A DNA stretch of 64,000 nt from Macrostomum lignano. Its lineage: Eukaryota. Shown one piece after another: positions 52,301 to 63,700 of this stretch. A program made the translations under genes and the position numbers. The stretch is from the NCBI GenBank assembly GCA_002269645.1, contig NIVC01001967.1, positions 124,001-188,000 of the forward strand, read 5' to 3'. The stretch's first letter is position 1, and each line of letters opens with the position of its first letter. Under the pieces are notes generated by a model. It made no database searches. It was given only the letters and a program-made list of their open reading frames with translations, and was not told the origin of the DNA.

Positions 52301-52957
52301 GGTTCAGTTGGGTAAATTTCTTTTGCGTGAGAAAACTTTGGTAGGAGTTCTGACGGAAAGCCCCAACGGGGGTTGGAATTGGCTAGTCCAATATACTAAA
52401 AATGGTCTGTCTGTGTCAAAAAAATGAAAATCTTGTATGTTTGTACGAAATCGATTATCTCCCAAAAGGCTCAACCGATTTTCTTCGAACTTGCACTGTT
52501 CGATCAGAAATTTTCCCGTGACGGTACATGTGTCTTGGCTAAGAAATTGCTCAATGCTAAAAGGATTAAATATTCGAAAAACATGCTTTTGTGCAAAGGT
52601 CAAGCAAACTTTTCGACTTGAAATGCATTGTAAGAATGCTAGAGAAAAAATTGACTGGTTGAATTCTGATTCTGAAATAGATTGCATCACACCAGGCTTT
52701 TTATTTATTCACTCTGTGTACTGGCTTAATTTTGACACTGAATTGAATTGCGTCACAGTATTGAAAACGCAGTGTGGAAGCCTAGCACAATACTTGATTT
52801 ATATTGCATAACCATATTGCTAACTTTAATAGAAACTGGTACTGACTTGCCTAAGAAATTGATTATGTCATAACTGCTTCGTGTGACTTATACTCAATTG
52901 ACTTGGTGTGAGTGTTGAATTATATAGGTGCTACAAATTCATTTATAATTTCAATAA

Positions 52958-53015
52958 GAGCTAGCCTAGATGTGAACACACTGGACTGCTAATGCAGCAA
53001 CCTGGGTTCGAATCT
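52958..53015 (+). ncRNA. tRNA-like (Ser-GCT anticodon loop) cassette in H2
   Basis: A-box-like TAGCCTAGATG; anticodon arm CTGGA-CTGCTAA-TGCAG; T-arm CTGGG-TTCGAAT-CTTAG; no acceptor stem; T7 run ~30 nt downstream. Confidence 0.55.
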
Positions 53016-53094
53016 TAGTAGTGTATGAAAAAAAGTAGCATAATTTTTTTCATTGAAAGCTTTTATTAAAGGACTAATTAAAAAGACCTGGATT

Positions 53095-54045
53095 ATGGCG
53101 CTAGATAAACCAAGGATTACTGCGCTTGATAAACCAAGGATTATTGCACTTGATAAGCCAAGGATTATTGCACTTGATAAGCCAAGGATTATTGCACCTG
53201 ATAAGCCAAGGACTATTGCACTTGATAAACCAAGGATTATTGTACTTGATAAGCCAAGGATTATTGCACTTGATAAACCAAGGACTATTGCACTTGATAA
53301 ACCAAGGATTATTGTACTTGATAAGCCAAGGATTATTGCACTTGATAAACCAAGGACTATTGCACTTGATAAACCAAGGATTATTGTACTTGATAAGCCA
53401 AGGATTATTGCACTCGATTAGCCAATGATTATTGCACTTTTAAGCCAAGGATTATTGCACCTGATAAGCCAAGGATTATTGCACTTGATAAACAAAGGAT
53501 TAAAAAGACCTGGATTATGGCGCTAGATAAACCAAGGATTATTGCACTTGATAAACCAAGGATTATTGCACCTGATAAGCCAAGGACTATTGCACTTGAT
53601 AAACCAAGAATTATTGTACTTGATAAGCCAAGGATTATTGCACTTGATTAGCCAATGATTATTGCACTTTTAAGCCAAGGATTATTGCACCTGATAAGCC
53701 AAGGATTATTGCACTTGATAAACAAAGGATTAAAAAGACCTGGATTATGGCGCTAGATAAACCAAGGATTATTGCACTTGATAAACCAAGAATTATTGCA
53801 CTTGATAAGCCAAGGATTACTGTGCTTGATAAACCAAGAATTATTGCACTTGATAAACCAAGGATTACTGCGCTTGATAAACAAAGGATTATTGCACTTC
53901 ATAAACCAAGGATTACTGCGCTTGATAAACAAAGGATTATTGCACTTGATAAGCCAAGGATTATTTCACTTGATAAGCCAAGGATTATTGCACTTGATAA
54001 ACCAAGGATTATTGCACTTGATAAGCCAAGGATTATTGCACTTGA
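53095..54045 (+). repeat. 24-bp satellite (GCACTTGATAAACCAAGGATTATT)n
   Basis: Direct reading; spurious ALDKPRII ORFs. Confidence 0.95.
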
Positions 54046-54294
54046 CTAGCAATCTAGTGCGGCCCCCCTTCGGGGCGCCCAATAAGCAAGGAGCAAAAAT
54101 AGTTCATGGAAAAAAATAAAAAAGCACATTTTCTTAAACACCAATTCCTTCTTCACTTTAAAAAATCACCTTATTAATGTCAAATTGTCATGGACAATGA
54201 TATTTGCTATGAATCTCTTTTTCTAAAATTAACAAACAGACAACAGAATATAGCTTTCACAAAGATAACAGACATTCCACCTAAATAGAAAATA

Positions 54295-54635
54295 TTCCCA
54301 AGACAGCAAGCATCCCTCCAGATAGCAAGCACCCTCCTCCAAAAGTAAGCAACCGCAGATAGCAAGCATCTCCCAAATATTGTAGAAGCATCCATCCAGA
54401 TAGCAAGCATCCACCCAGGTAGCAAGAATCCACCCAGATAGCAAGCATCCACCCAGATAGCAAGCATCCACCCAATAGCAAGAATCCACCCAGATAGCAA
54501 GCATCCTGCACAATGCACATAGCAAGTATATCCCAGATATTGTAGAAGTATCCACCCAGATAGCAAGCATCCTGCACATAGCAAGCACCCCCCAGATATT
54601 GTAGAAGCATCCACCCAGATAGCAAGCATCCCTGG
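54295..54635 (-). repeat. 19-bp satellite (GGTGGATGCTTGCTATCTG)n in H3
   Basis: Direct reading; related monomers also at 50760-50810. Confidence 0.85.
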
Positions 54636-54662
54636 ATAGAAAGAATCCCATACATGTAGCCA

Positions 54663-55875
54663 AGCTTATCAAGTGCAGTAATCCTTGGTTTATCAAGTGC
54701 AGTAATCCTTGGTTTATCAAGTGCAGTAATCTTTGGTTTATCAAGTGCAGTAATCCTTGGTTTATCAAGTGCAGTAATCCTTGGTTTGCCAAGTGCAATA
54801 ATCCTTGGCTTATCAAGTGCCGTAATCCTTGGCTTATCAAGTGCAGTAATCCTTGGCTTATCAAGTGCAGTAATCCTTAGCTTATTAAGAGCAATAATTC
54901 TTGGCTTATCAAGTGCAGTAATTCTTGGCTTATCAAGCGCAGTAATCCTTGGTTTTTTAAGAGCAATAATCCTTGGCTTATTAAGAACAATAATCTTTGG
55001 TTTATCAAGTGCAATAATCCTTGGCCTATTAAGAGCAATAATCCTTGGTTTATCGAGTGCAGTAATCCTTAACTTATTAAGAGCAATAATCCTTGGTTTA
55101 TCAAGCGGAGTAATCCTTGGTTTGCCAAGTGCAATAATCCTTGGCTTATTAAGAGCAATAATACTTGGCTTATTAAGAGCAATAATCCTTGGTTTATCAA
55201 GTGCAGTAATCCTTGGTTTGCCAAGTGCAATAATCCTTAGCTTATTAAGAGCAATAATTCTTGGTTTATCAAGAGCAGTAATCCTTGGTTTATTAAGAGC
55301 AATAATCCTTGGCTTTTTAAGAGCAATAATCCTTGGCTTATCAAGCCCAGTAATCCTTGGTTTATTAAGAGCAATAATCCTTGGTTTATCAAGCGCAGTA
55401 ATCCTTAGCTTATTAAGAGCAAAAATTCTTGGCTTATCAAGTGCAGTAATCCTAGGCTTATCAAGCGCAGTAATCCTTGGTTTATCAAGTGCAGTAATCC
55501 TTGGTTTATCGAGTGCAGTAATCCTTGGTTTGCCAAGTGCTATATTCCTTGGCCTATTAAGCGCAATAGTCCTTGGTTTATCAAGCGCAGTAATCCTTGG
55601 CTTATCAAGTGCAATAATCCTTGGCCTATCAAGTGCAATAATCCTTGGTTTATCAAGTGCAGTAATCCTTGGCTTATCCAGTGCAATAATCCTTGGTTTA
55701 TCAAGTGCAATTATCCTTGGTTTATCAAGTGCAATAATTTTTAGTTTATCACACATGTGCAGTAATCTCTGGCTTAATAAGTGCAATAATTCTTGGTTTA
55801 TCAAGCGCAGTAATCATTGTTTTATCAAGTGCAATAATTTTTGGTTTATCAAGTGCAGTAATCCTTGGTTTATCT
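54663..55875 (-). repeat. 24-bp satellite array in H3 (same monomer as H2)
   Basis: Direct reading; spurious 507-aa and 363-aa ORFs. Confidence 0.95.
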
Positions 55876-55978
55876 AGCACCATAATCCAGGTCTTTTTAA
55901 TTATTTTTTTAATAAAAGCTTTCAATAAAAAAATTATGCTACTTTTATTCTTTTATACACTACTACATGTACATGTAT

Positions 55979-56039
55979 AAGATTCGAACCCAGGTTGCTG
56001 CATTAGCAGTCCAGTGTGTTTACATCTAGGCTAGCTCTC
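55979..56039 (-). ncRNA. tRNA-like cassette in H3
   Basis: Near-identical reverse complement of 52958-53015. Confidence 0.55.
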
Positions 56040-56583
56040 ATTGAAATTTTATATGAATTTGTAGCACTTATAATTCAACACTCACACCAAGTCAATTGAG
56101 TAAAAGTTACACAAAGCAGTTATGACACAATCAATTTTTTAGGCAAGTCATACCAGTCTAAAAAAGTTAGCAATATGGTTACGCAATATAAATCAAGTAT
56201 TGTGCTATGCTTCCACACTGCGTTTTCAATACTGTGACGTAATTCAGTGTCAAAATTCAGCCAGTACATAGACGATAAATAAAGCCTATTGTTATGATGC
56301 AATCTATTTCAGAATCAGAATTCAACCAGTCAGTTTTTTTTCTCTAGCATTCTTACAATGCATTTCAAGTCAAAAGAGCTGCTTGACCTTTGCAAAAAAG
56401 CATGTTTTTCGAATATTTAATCCCTTTAGCATCAAGCAATTTCTTAGCCACGATGCATGTACCGTCACGGAAAAATTTCTGATTGAACAGTGCAAGTTCG
56501 AACAAAATCGGTTGAGCCGTTTTTGCTAAAATCGATCACACACACACACACATATACCGACAGACCATTTTTAGTATATTGGA

Positions 56584-59500
56584 CTAGCCATTTAGCCCCC
56601 CGCTGGGGAGCCTTGAAAATGACACCAATTGGTTTTTATTTTGGCACAAGAGTAACCTTACTATAATCATCCAAAATTTTGATTTCCAATAATCAAAAAT
56701 TACCTTTTCTCATTTTGGCAGAAATAAATTGTCATTAATCCGAATTTTATTAGCCAAAAAAGTTTCGTTCATCAGCTCAAAACCCTTTCTAAATCAGCAA
56801 ATAGTGCTTATCCTTTCAAGCACAAACTCTTGATGCATATCGTCACTGGCCGGGGCATATTCTGATCCGCAGCAGGAGCTCAATATGCAAATCCCTGACG
56901 CCCTTAGACCCTCTCTCTATATTAGCCTAAATCAAAGGATCAAACCAGCGCAAAGGATTAAATGCGCTGGTATTTCCTATTAGCAGAAATCAGCATCACT
57001 TGTGTACTTTTTCATTATCTGAATTACATGAGCTACTTGAGCCGTACTACCTGACTATCTGACAATCGCCCAACAACCTAACACCCCTCAAAAAAATTCA
57101 GCCATCGTCCATGAGCCTTGACATCTCAGTAATTTCCACAGTAAGCCTTGATGTCTGAGGAATTCCCCCAGGAAGCCTTGACATCTCAGCAATTCCCCCA
57201 GTAAGCCTTGACATCTCAGCATTCCCCCAGTAAGCATTGAGATCTCAGCAATTCCGCCAGTAAGCCTTGGCATCTCAGCAATTCCCCCAGTAAGCCTTGA
57301 CATCTCAGCAATTCCCCCAGTAAGCCTTGACACCTCAGCAATTCCCCCAGTAAGCCTTGAGATCTCAGCAATTCCCTCAGTAAGCCTTGACATCTCAGCA
57401 ATTCGCCCAGTAAGCTCTGAGATCTCAGTAAGCATAGAAATCTTAGCAATTCCCAGTAGGACTTGACATTTTAGCAATTCCCAGAAAGCCTTGACACCTC
57501 AGCAATTCCTAGTAGGACTTGACATCTCAGCAATTCCCCCATTAAGCCTTGACATTGCAGCAATTCTCCCAGCGCAGTAATTAGCCTTGACATCCCAACA
57601 ACCCAACTCCCCTCTCCCAAGAATTCAGCAATCCCCTTATAAGCCTTGATAACTCAGCTATTCCCCCATGAGCTTTGATATCTTAGCAAGTCTTTAATTG
57701 ATTGTTGACAGCGGTGATTCTATGATTGAACCAAAACTGACCCTAAGCCCCCAAACCTACCCATAAGTGAGTCTTGGCATGTTAGCAATTTCCACTATGA
57801 GCCTTGAGCCTCAGCATTAAAGTAACTTCCTCATAAGTTTTGTAATCTGAATTTCACCGAAAGCCTTGACCTATCAGCAATTCCCCGTAGAGCCAAAGCA
57901 TTTAAGTAATTCGCCCCAAGAGCCTTTAATCTTAGCAATTCCTCGATGGATCATTGATGGTTGTCACGACGATCGCTCTATAATTTAACCAAAACCATAA
58001 CCCTTAACCTTTAGTCGAATTTCAGCAATTCCCCAATGAGCTTTGGAAATGTTAGCAATTTTCCCATGAGCCTGAAAATTGAGTGACTAACCATTTGAAA
58101 TCTTGGCACTTGCATTTCAACAATTAATTTCAGCAATTTCACAAATGAAACTTGAAATCAAAGCAATTCTCCCCAGAATGACATAATTATAGCAATTCTC
58201 CTTTGTCTTGATATCTTATAAATTCTTCCATGAGTATTGATATATCACAGCAATTTACCATACGAGCATTATGCTCGTAGCAATGGTCTTAGCAGTCTTA
58301 ACAGTCAGCAATTCCCGATGAGACTTTTGCTTTCGACAGGGCGCTTTTTTATGATTGACATGATGATTCTTGTTCGTTTTTTCTTGCCTTTGCGTTTTCT
58401 TCTCTTTAAAAGAAGTTTATATTAAAAAATACAATATTTCACTATAGCTTTCTGCAGTTTAGCAATGGTTCACCAGCAGTTTAGCAATGCAGTTTAGCAA
58501 TGCTTCACCAGCAGTTTAGCAATGGTTCACCAGCACTGTTTTGCACAATCAGTGAGCAGATGGCCACTAATCTTTGCATATGGCCATATTGCTTCTGCAT
58601 AATCGAAACCATTTAAAATGTTTTTGCAACTTGCAGGGTAAATTTAATCTCCTTACATATTTATTATTTTATTATATGCGTCGACAGATTAGCACTGCTC
58701 TCCCCGATTAGCGCTGCTCACCCAGATTAGCAATACCCTTTGTAAATTAGCACTTACAGCAGATGAGCACTGCTCTTGAAGCTTAGCGTAGCCCCAGCGA
58801 AAGTATATATAAAATAAAATGTTAAAAATTTGCATGAATTCCCATAGGAAACAATGATTATTGTCACAAAGATAAATTCGCTGCTTTAATGTAGACTCGA
58901 ACTGCCGACCTTCTACTAAAAACGTTACTATTCTAGAAGTTTAGTAACTTCGCACTTTGAAGTTAACCCCCCCCCCACCCAGAAATCGGCAGTTATCCCC
59001 ACAACATCCTGAAATTAGCTATCACTTCTAATCCCACAAACAGACTGCAGTCATACTCTTAGCAGCCTGCAGATATCCACTGTGCCGTCTACAACTTTCA
59101 TTAACATCAGCAAACTACAATACTTCACTCAGCAGTCCGCAGTTATCCACTCAACAACTTGCACTTAATTCTTCACAGCTATTATCCACTTTAAACTCTG
59201 TAGATAGTTATCCCCTCAACAGTTTGCTGCTATGCACTCATAAGTGTTGAGGAACTACCTCAGCAGTTTGTTCCATTTTTCCCTTTGCAGTCTGCATGAA
59301 TGATCCCTTTGACAATCTGCAGTTCCACTCAGCATCTTCTGTTCTCCTTTTCAATAATCTTGCAATCTTCCAATAATCTAAAAATGTGCTCAGCATTTTA
59401 CGGCTCACTAAACATTTTTAAGTACATATCGGCATTCTTAAAAAGCTCAAAATTTAGCAATTTTAAGAAATTTAAGAAATTTTAACAGCATGGTCTGCAG

Positions 59501-60700
59501 TTTAATAGCAATTTCATACAATTTCATACTTTCATGGTGCGAGGCAGTACTCGTTGATGGGATCAGTAATACACGAAGCAGTTTTTTAAAATCAAATTTG
59601 ATAAGTGGCTTGTGCCAAGTAGCAAAAATTATTTGCTAATTAATAAAAATTGTTGCAATTAAAATTAATAAAAAATATGTTATATTTAGTCGAGTCACAA
59701 GCTACAAATGAATGAATTTACTTATTTTAATTATCCACCGGGAGGCGGACTCGAACCTTGGACCTTACGCCTAGCCTAAACCTAGTCCTAGTGCCTACAC
59801 TGCGGCTATTCCGCCTACTGATGGAAGGGCGCAAAAATCAGACATATATGCTTCGGCACTGCAGTCAAATACATACCAGTGATAGCCTGCATGCTCAGTG
59901 TGCACAGTTTTGGTGCTGGCAGAGCCATTGCACAGTTAAGTAAATCTCTCAATTTCAATACTTTTAAAATGCACTGGCTGATTTCTCTCTCCCTCCAGAG
60001 TGCCTGCGCAATGCTTGGCACACTGCCTCCTGCTGAAAAGCTCAGAGTCAGTTTATAGCGAGAATATGCAGTACGCAGTTGTGGCGCAATCATTTAGAAT
60101 TGTAATTCAGCCAGTCAAGAATTCAACCCTGCTTGGCCTTCCATTAAAAGCATTTAGATAAACTTGTTTTTCGAATATTTAATACCTTTAGCATTGAAGC
60201 AGATTAAAGAAATTTTAGCTGTCCTCTTTCCAGATAATTACAAAACTTTTGGCCAAAACGCGATCAAAATTGGTCAAGAATTGCAGTCTGTAGAGCGTTA
60301 CGAAAAACAGATCTTTGACGCTTAAAAAGCTCGCTGCTAGCCTCCAGAATAATTTTATTTTTGACCCCTGGTATGGTTGCGCAATTTAAATAGAGTAATT
60401 ATCTGGGCAGTGGGGCCCATTGAGTTTTCTGATCAGTTCGCTCTGGCGCAATCAATTAAAATTGGCAGTGAAGCTTCTCGCTGATAAAATTTGCATTGAA
60501 AAAGGCCATTTAAAACAGTTTTTCGAATATTTAATCCCTTTAGCATTGGAGCAGATTAAAGAAATTTTAACCGTCTTCTTTCCAGACAATTTTGAATCTT
60601 TTGGCGAAAACGCGATCAAAATCGGTGAAGAATTGCAGTCTCTAGAGCGTTATGGACATTCAAGCATACAAACCTTAGAGATTTAGTATATTTAGATAGA
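56584..60700 (-). mobile_element. Helitron-like element H4 (~4.1 kb)
   Basis: 3' CCCC-AGC-GGGG hairpin + GGCTAAATGGCTAG abutting the H3 5' TC; 5' TCTATCTAAATATACTAAAT at 60700; internal 30-mer array (57110-57560) and degenerate arrays. Confidence 0.78.
59741..59815 (-). ncRNA. tRNA-like cassette in H4 (different family)
   Basis: Minus strand GGCGGAATAGCCGCAGTG...AAGGTTCGAGTCCGCCTCC with A-box-like and B-box (GGTTCGAGTCC) elements. Confidence 0.45.
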
Positions 60701-63700
60701 CTAGCCATTTAGCCCCCCTCTGGGGAGCCTTGAAAATGACACCAATTGGTTTTTATTTTGGCACAAGAGTAACCTTACTATAATCATCCAAAATTTTGAT
60801 TTCCAATAATCAAAAATTACCTTTTCTCATTTTGGCAGAAATAAATTGTCATTAATCCGAATTTTATTAGCCAAAAAAGTTTCGTTCATCAGCTCAAAAC
60901 CCTTTCTAAATCAGCAAATAGTGCTTATCCTTTCAAGCACAAACTCTTGATGCATATCGTCACTGGCCGGGGCATATTCTGATCCGCAGCAGGAGCTCAA
61001 TATGCAAATCCCTGACGCCCTTAGACCCTCTCTCTATATTAGCCTAAATCAAAGGATCAAACCAGCGCAAAGGATTAAATGCGCTGGTATTTCCTATTAG
61101 CAGAAATCAGCATCACTTGTGTGTACTTTTTCAGTATCTGAATTACATGAGCTACTTGAGCCGTACTACCCGATTATCTGACAATCGCCCAACAACCTAA
61201 CACCCCCCCCCCAAAAAAAATTCAGCCATCATCCATGAGCCTTGACATCTCAGCAACTTCCACAGTAAATCTTGAGATCTCAGAAATTATCCCAGTAAGC
61301 CTTGAGATCTCAGCAATTCCCCCAGTAAGCCTTGACATCTCAGCATTCCCCCAGTAAGCATTGACATCTCAGCAATTCCCCCAGTAAGCCTTAAAATCTT
61401 AGAAATTATCCCAGTAAGTTTTAAGATCTCAGCAATTCCCCCAGTAAGCCTTGACATCTCAGCAATACCCCAGTAAGCCTTGACATCTCAGCAATTCCCT
61501 AAGTAAGCCTTGAGATCTCAGCAATTCCACCAGTAAGCCTTGACATCTCAGCAATACCCCCAGTAATCTCAGCAATACCCCCAGTAAGCCTTGATGTCTG
61601 AGGAATTCCCCCAGTAAGCCTTGACATCTCAGCAATTCCCCCAGTAAGCCTTGAGATCTCAGCAATTCCCAGTAAGCCTTGACATCTCAGAATTCCCCCA
61701 GTAAGCCTTGAGATCTCAGAAATTATCCCAGTAAGTTTGGAGATCTCAGCAATTCCCCCAGTAAGCCTTGACATCTCAGCAATTCCCCAGTAAGCTTGAG
61801 ATCTCAGCAATTCCCCCAGTAAGCCTTGACATCTCAGCAATTTAAGCTTGAGATCTCAGCAATTCCCCCAGTAAGCCTTGACATCTCAGCAATTCCCCCA
61901 GTAAGCCTTGACATCTCAGCAATTCCCTCAGTAAGCCTTGACATCTCAGCAATTCCCCCAGTAGGCTCTGAGATCTCAGCAATTCCCCCAGTAAGCCTTG
62001 ACATCTCAGCAATTCCCCCAGTAAGCCTTGACGTCTCAGTAGGCATAGAAATCTTAGCAATTCCCAGTAGGACTTGACATTTTAGCAATTCCAAGAAAGC
62101 CTTGACATCTCAGCAATTCTTAGTAGGACTTGACATCTCAGCAGTTTCCCCATTAAGCCTCGACATTGTAGCAATTCTCCCAGCGCAGTAATTATAGCCT
62201 TGAGATCCCAACAACCCAACTCCCCTCTCCCAAGAATTCAGCAATCCCCTTATAAGCCATGATAACTCAGCTATACCCTCATGAGCTTTGATATCTTAGC
62301 AAGTCTTTAATTGATTGTTGACAGCGGTTAATCTATGATTGAACCAAAACTGACCCTAAGCCCCCAAACCTACCCATAAGTGAGTCTTGGCATGTTAGCA
62401 ATTTCCACTATGAGCCTTGAGCCTCAGCATTAAAGTAACTTCCTCATAAGGTTTGTAATCTGAATTTCACCGAAAGCCTTGACCTGTCAGCAATTCCCTA
62501 AGAGCCAAAGCATATAACTAATTCGCCCCTTTAATCTTTGAAATTCCTTGATGAATCATTTATGATTGACACGACGATCGCTCTATAATTAAACTCAAAT
62601 CCTAACCCTTAACCTGCAGCCGAGTCACAGCATTTCAGCAACTCCCCCTCTCAGCTCAAGAATTTCAGCAATTCCCCAATGAGCTTTTGAAATCTTAGCA
62701 ATTTTCCCATGAGCATGAAACTTTAGCGACTAACCTTTTGATATCTTGGCACTTTCACATGAGTCTTATGGTTGAAAACTAACCCTGCCAAGTCACAGCA
62801 TTTCAGCAATTCCCACCGTAAACCACAGCATTTCAACAAATACCCAATGAACCTTGACATTTCGTGAATTTCAGCTATTCGCTTTAGGAGCCTTTGAAAT
62901 CTCAGTCATTCCCCCGTGAACCTTAGCATCTCAGCAATACCCAAGAGTCACAGCCTACAGCATTACAGGGATCCCCCGTGAGCTTTGAAATCTCAGCTAT
63001 TCCCCAATGAGCCTTGATATCTCAGCAACTCCTATTTGAGCCACAAAATTTCGGCATTATGAGCAGGTACTGCAATCACAACAATCCCCCTGAGCATTGA
63101 GCCACATTATAATTCGGATATCCCCCCACGAGCCTTTAAAACTTAGCAATTCCCCAATGAGTATTTAATGTTAGACAGGCCTATTCATTTATATGGTTTA
63201 CGTCTTACTCTTACCCTAACAATGTCGGCAATTCCCTCAAGAGCCACAGCATTCCAGAAATTATTTCCATGAGCCTTGACAGCAAATAATTTTAATGAGC
63301 CTTGATACCTCAGAAATTTCTCAAATGGAATTTGAAATCAAAGCAATTCTGCCCAGAATCACATCAGTATAGGAATTTCCCTCTGAGACTTGACAAGACA
63401 TCTCAGAATTTCTCTCATGGGCCTTGATCTGGCCCATGGCCCAGTAAGCCTTGAAATCTCAATAATTCCCCAGTAAGCCTTGACATCTCAGAAATTCCCT
63501 CATTAAGATCGACATCGCAGCAATTGAACTTAAGCTTTGAAATCAAAGCAATTCTCCCCTGAATCACATCATTATAGCAATTACCGCTGAGCCTTGAGAT
63601 CTTAGAAATTCTCCCATGAGTCTTGATATCACAGAAATTTTCCATACCAGCCTTGACATCTTAGCAATTCACATTGAGTATTTTATTCTCGACAGACCGC

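Larger units (their letters stand above)
48119..52386 (+). mobile_element. Non-autonomous Helitron-like element H1 with duplicated satellite + 3'-end module
   Basis: 5' TCCAATATACTAAAAAT at 48119; two hairpin+GAATTGGCTAG 3' ends (50714 and 52386), each preceded by [30-mer array][16-mer array]. Confidence 0.75.
52387..54045 (+). mobile_element. Helitron-like element H2 (5' part), interrupted by H3
   Basis: Begins TCCAATATACTAAAAATGGTCTGTCTG directly after the H1 CTAG; contains GGCTCAACCGATTTTCTTCGAACTTG, a tRNA-like cassette and a 24-mer array. Confidence 0.78.
54046..56583 (-). mobile_element. Helitron-like element H3 (complete, minus strand)
   Basis: 5' TCCAATATACTAAAAAT at 56583; 3' GCGCCCCGAAGGGGGGCCGCACTAGATTGCTAG|T ending at 54046; 5' ~700 bp is the reverse complement of H2. 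Confidence 0.8.

Noticed and set aside
52958-53015. Functional tRNA-Ser gene, or Pol III transcription of the satellite
   Set aside because: No acceptor stem or long variable arm, and a T7 terminator precedes the array.
53053-55877. Long ALDKPRII / ILGLSSA repeat ORFs (up to 507 aa) resembling LRR or structural proteins
   Set aside because: A 24-bp monomer free of stops gives open frames on both strands; located inside Helitron-like elements.
49210-62170. CRISPR-like appearance of ~30-bp repeats
   Set aside because: Monomers are contiguous with no unique spacers; eukaryotic context; no cas genes.
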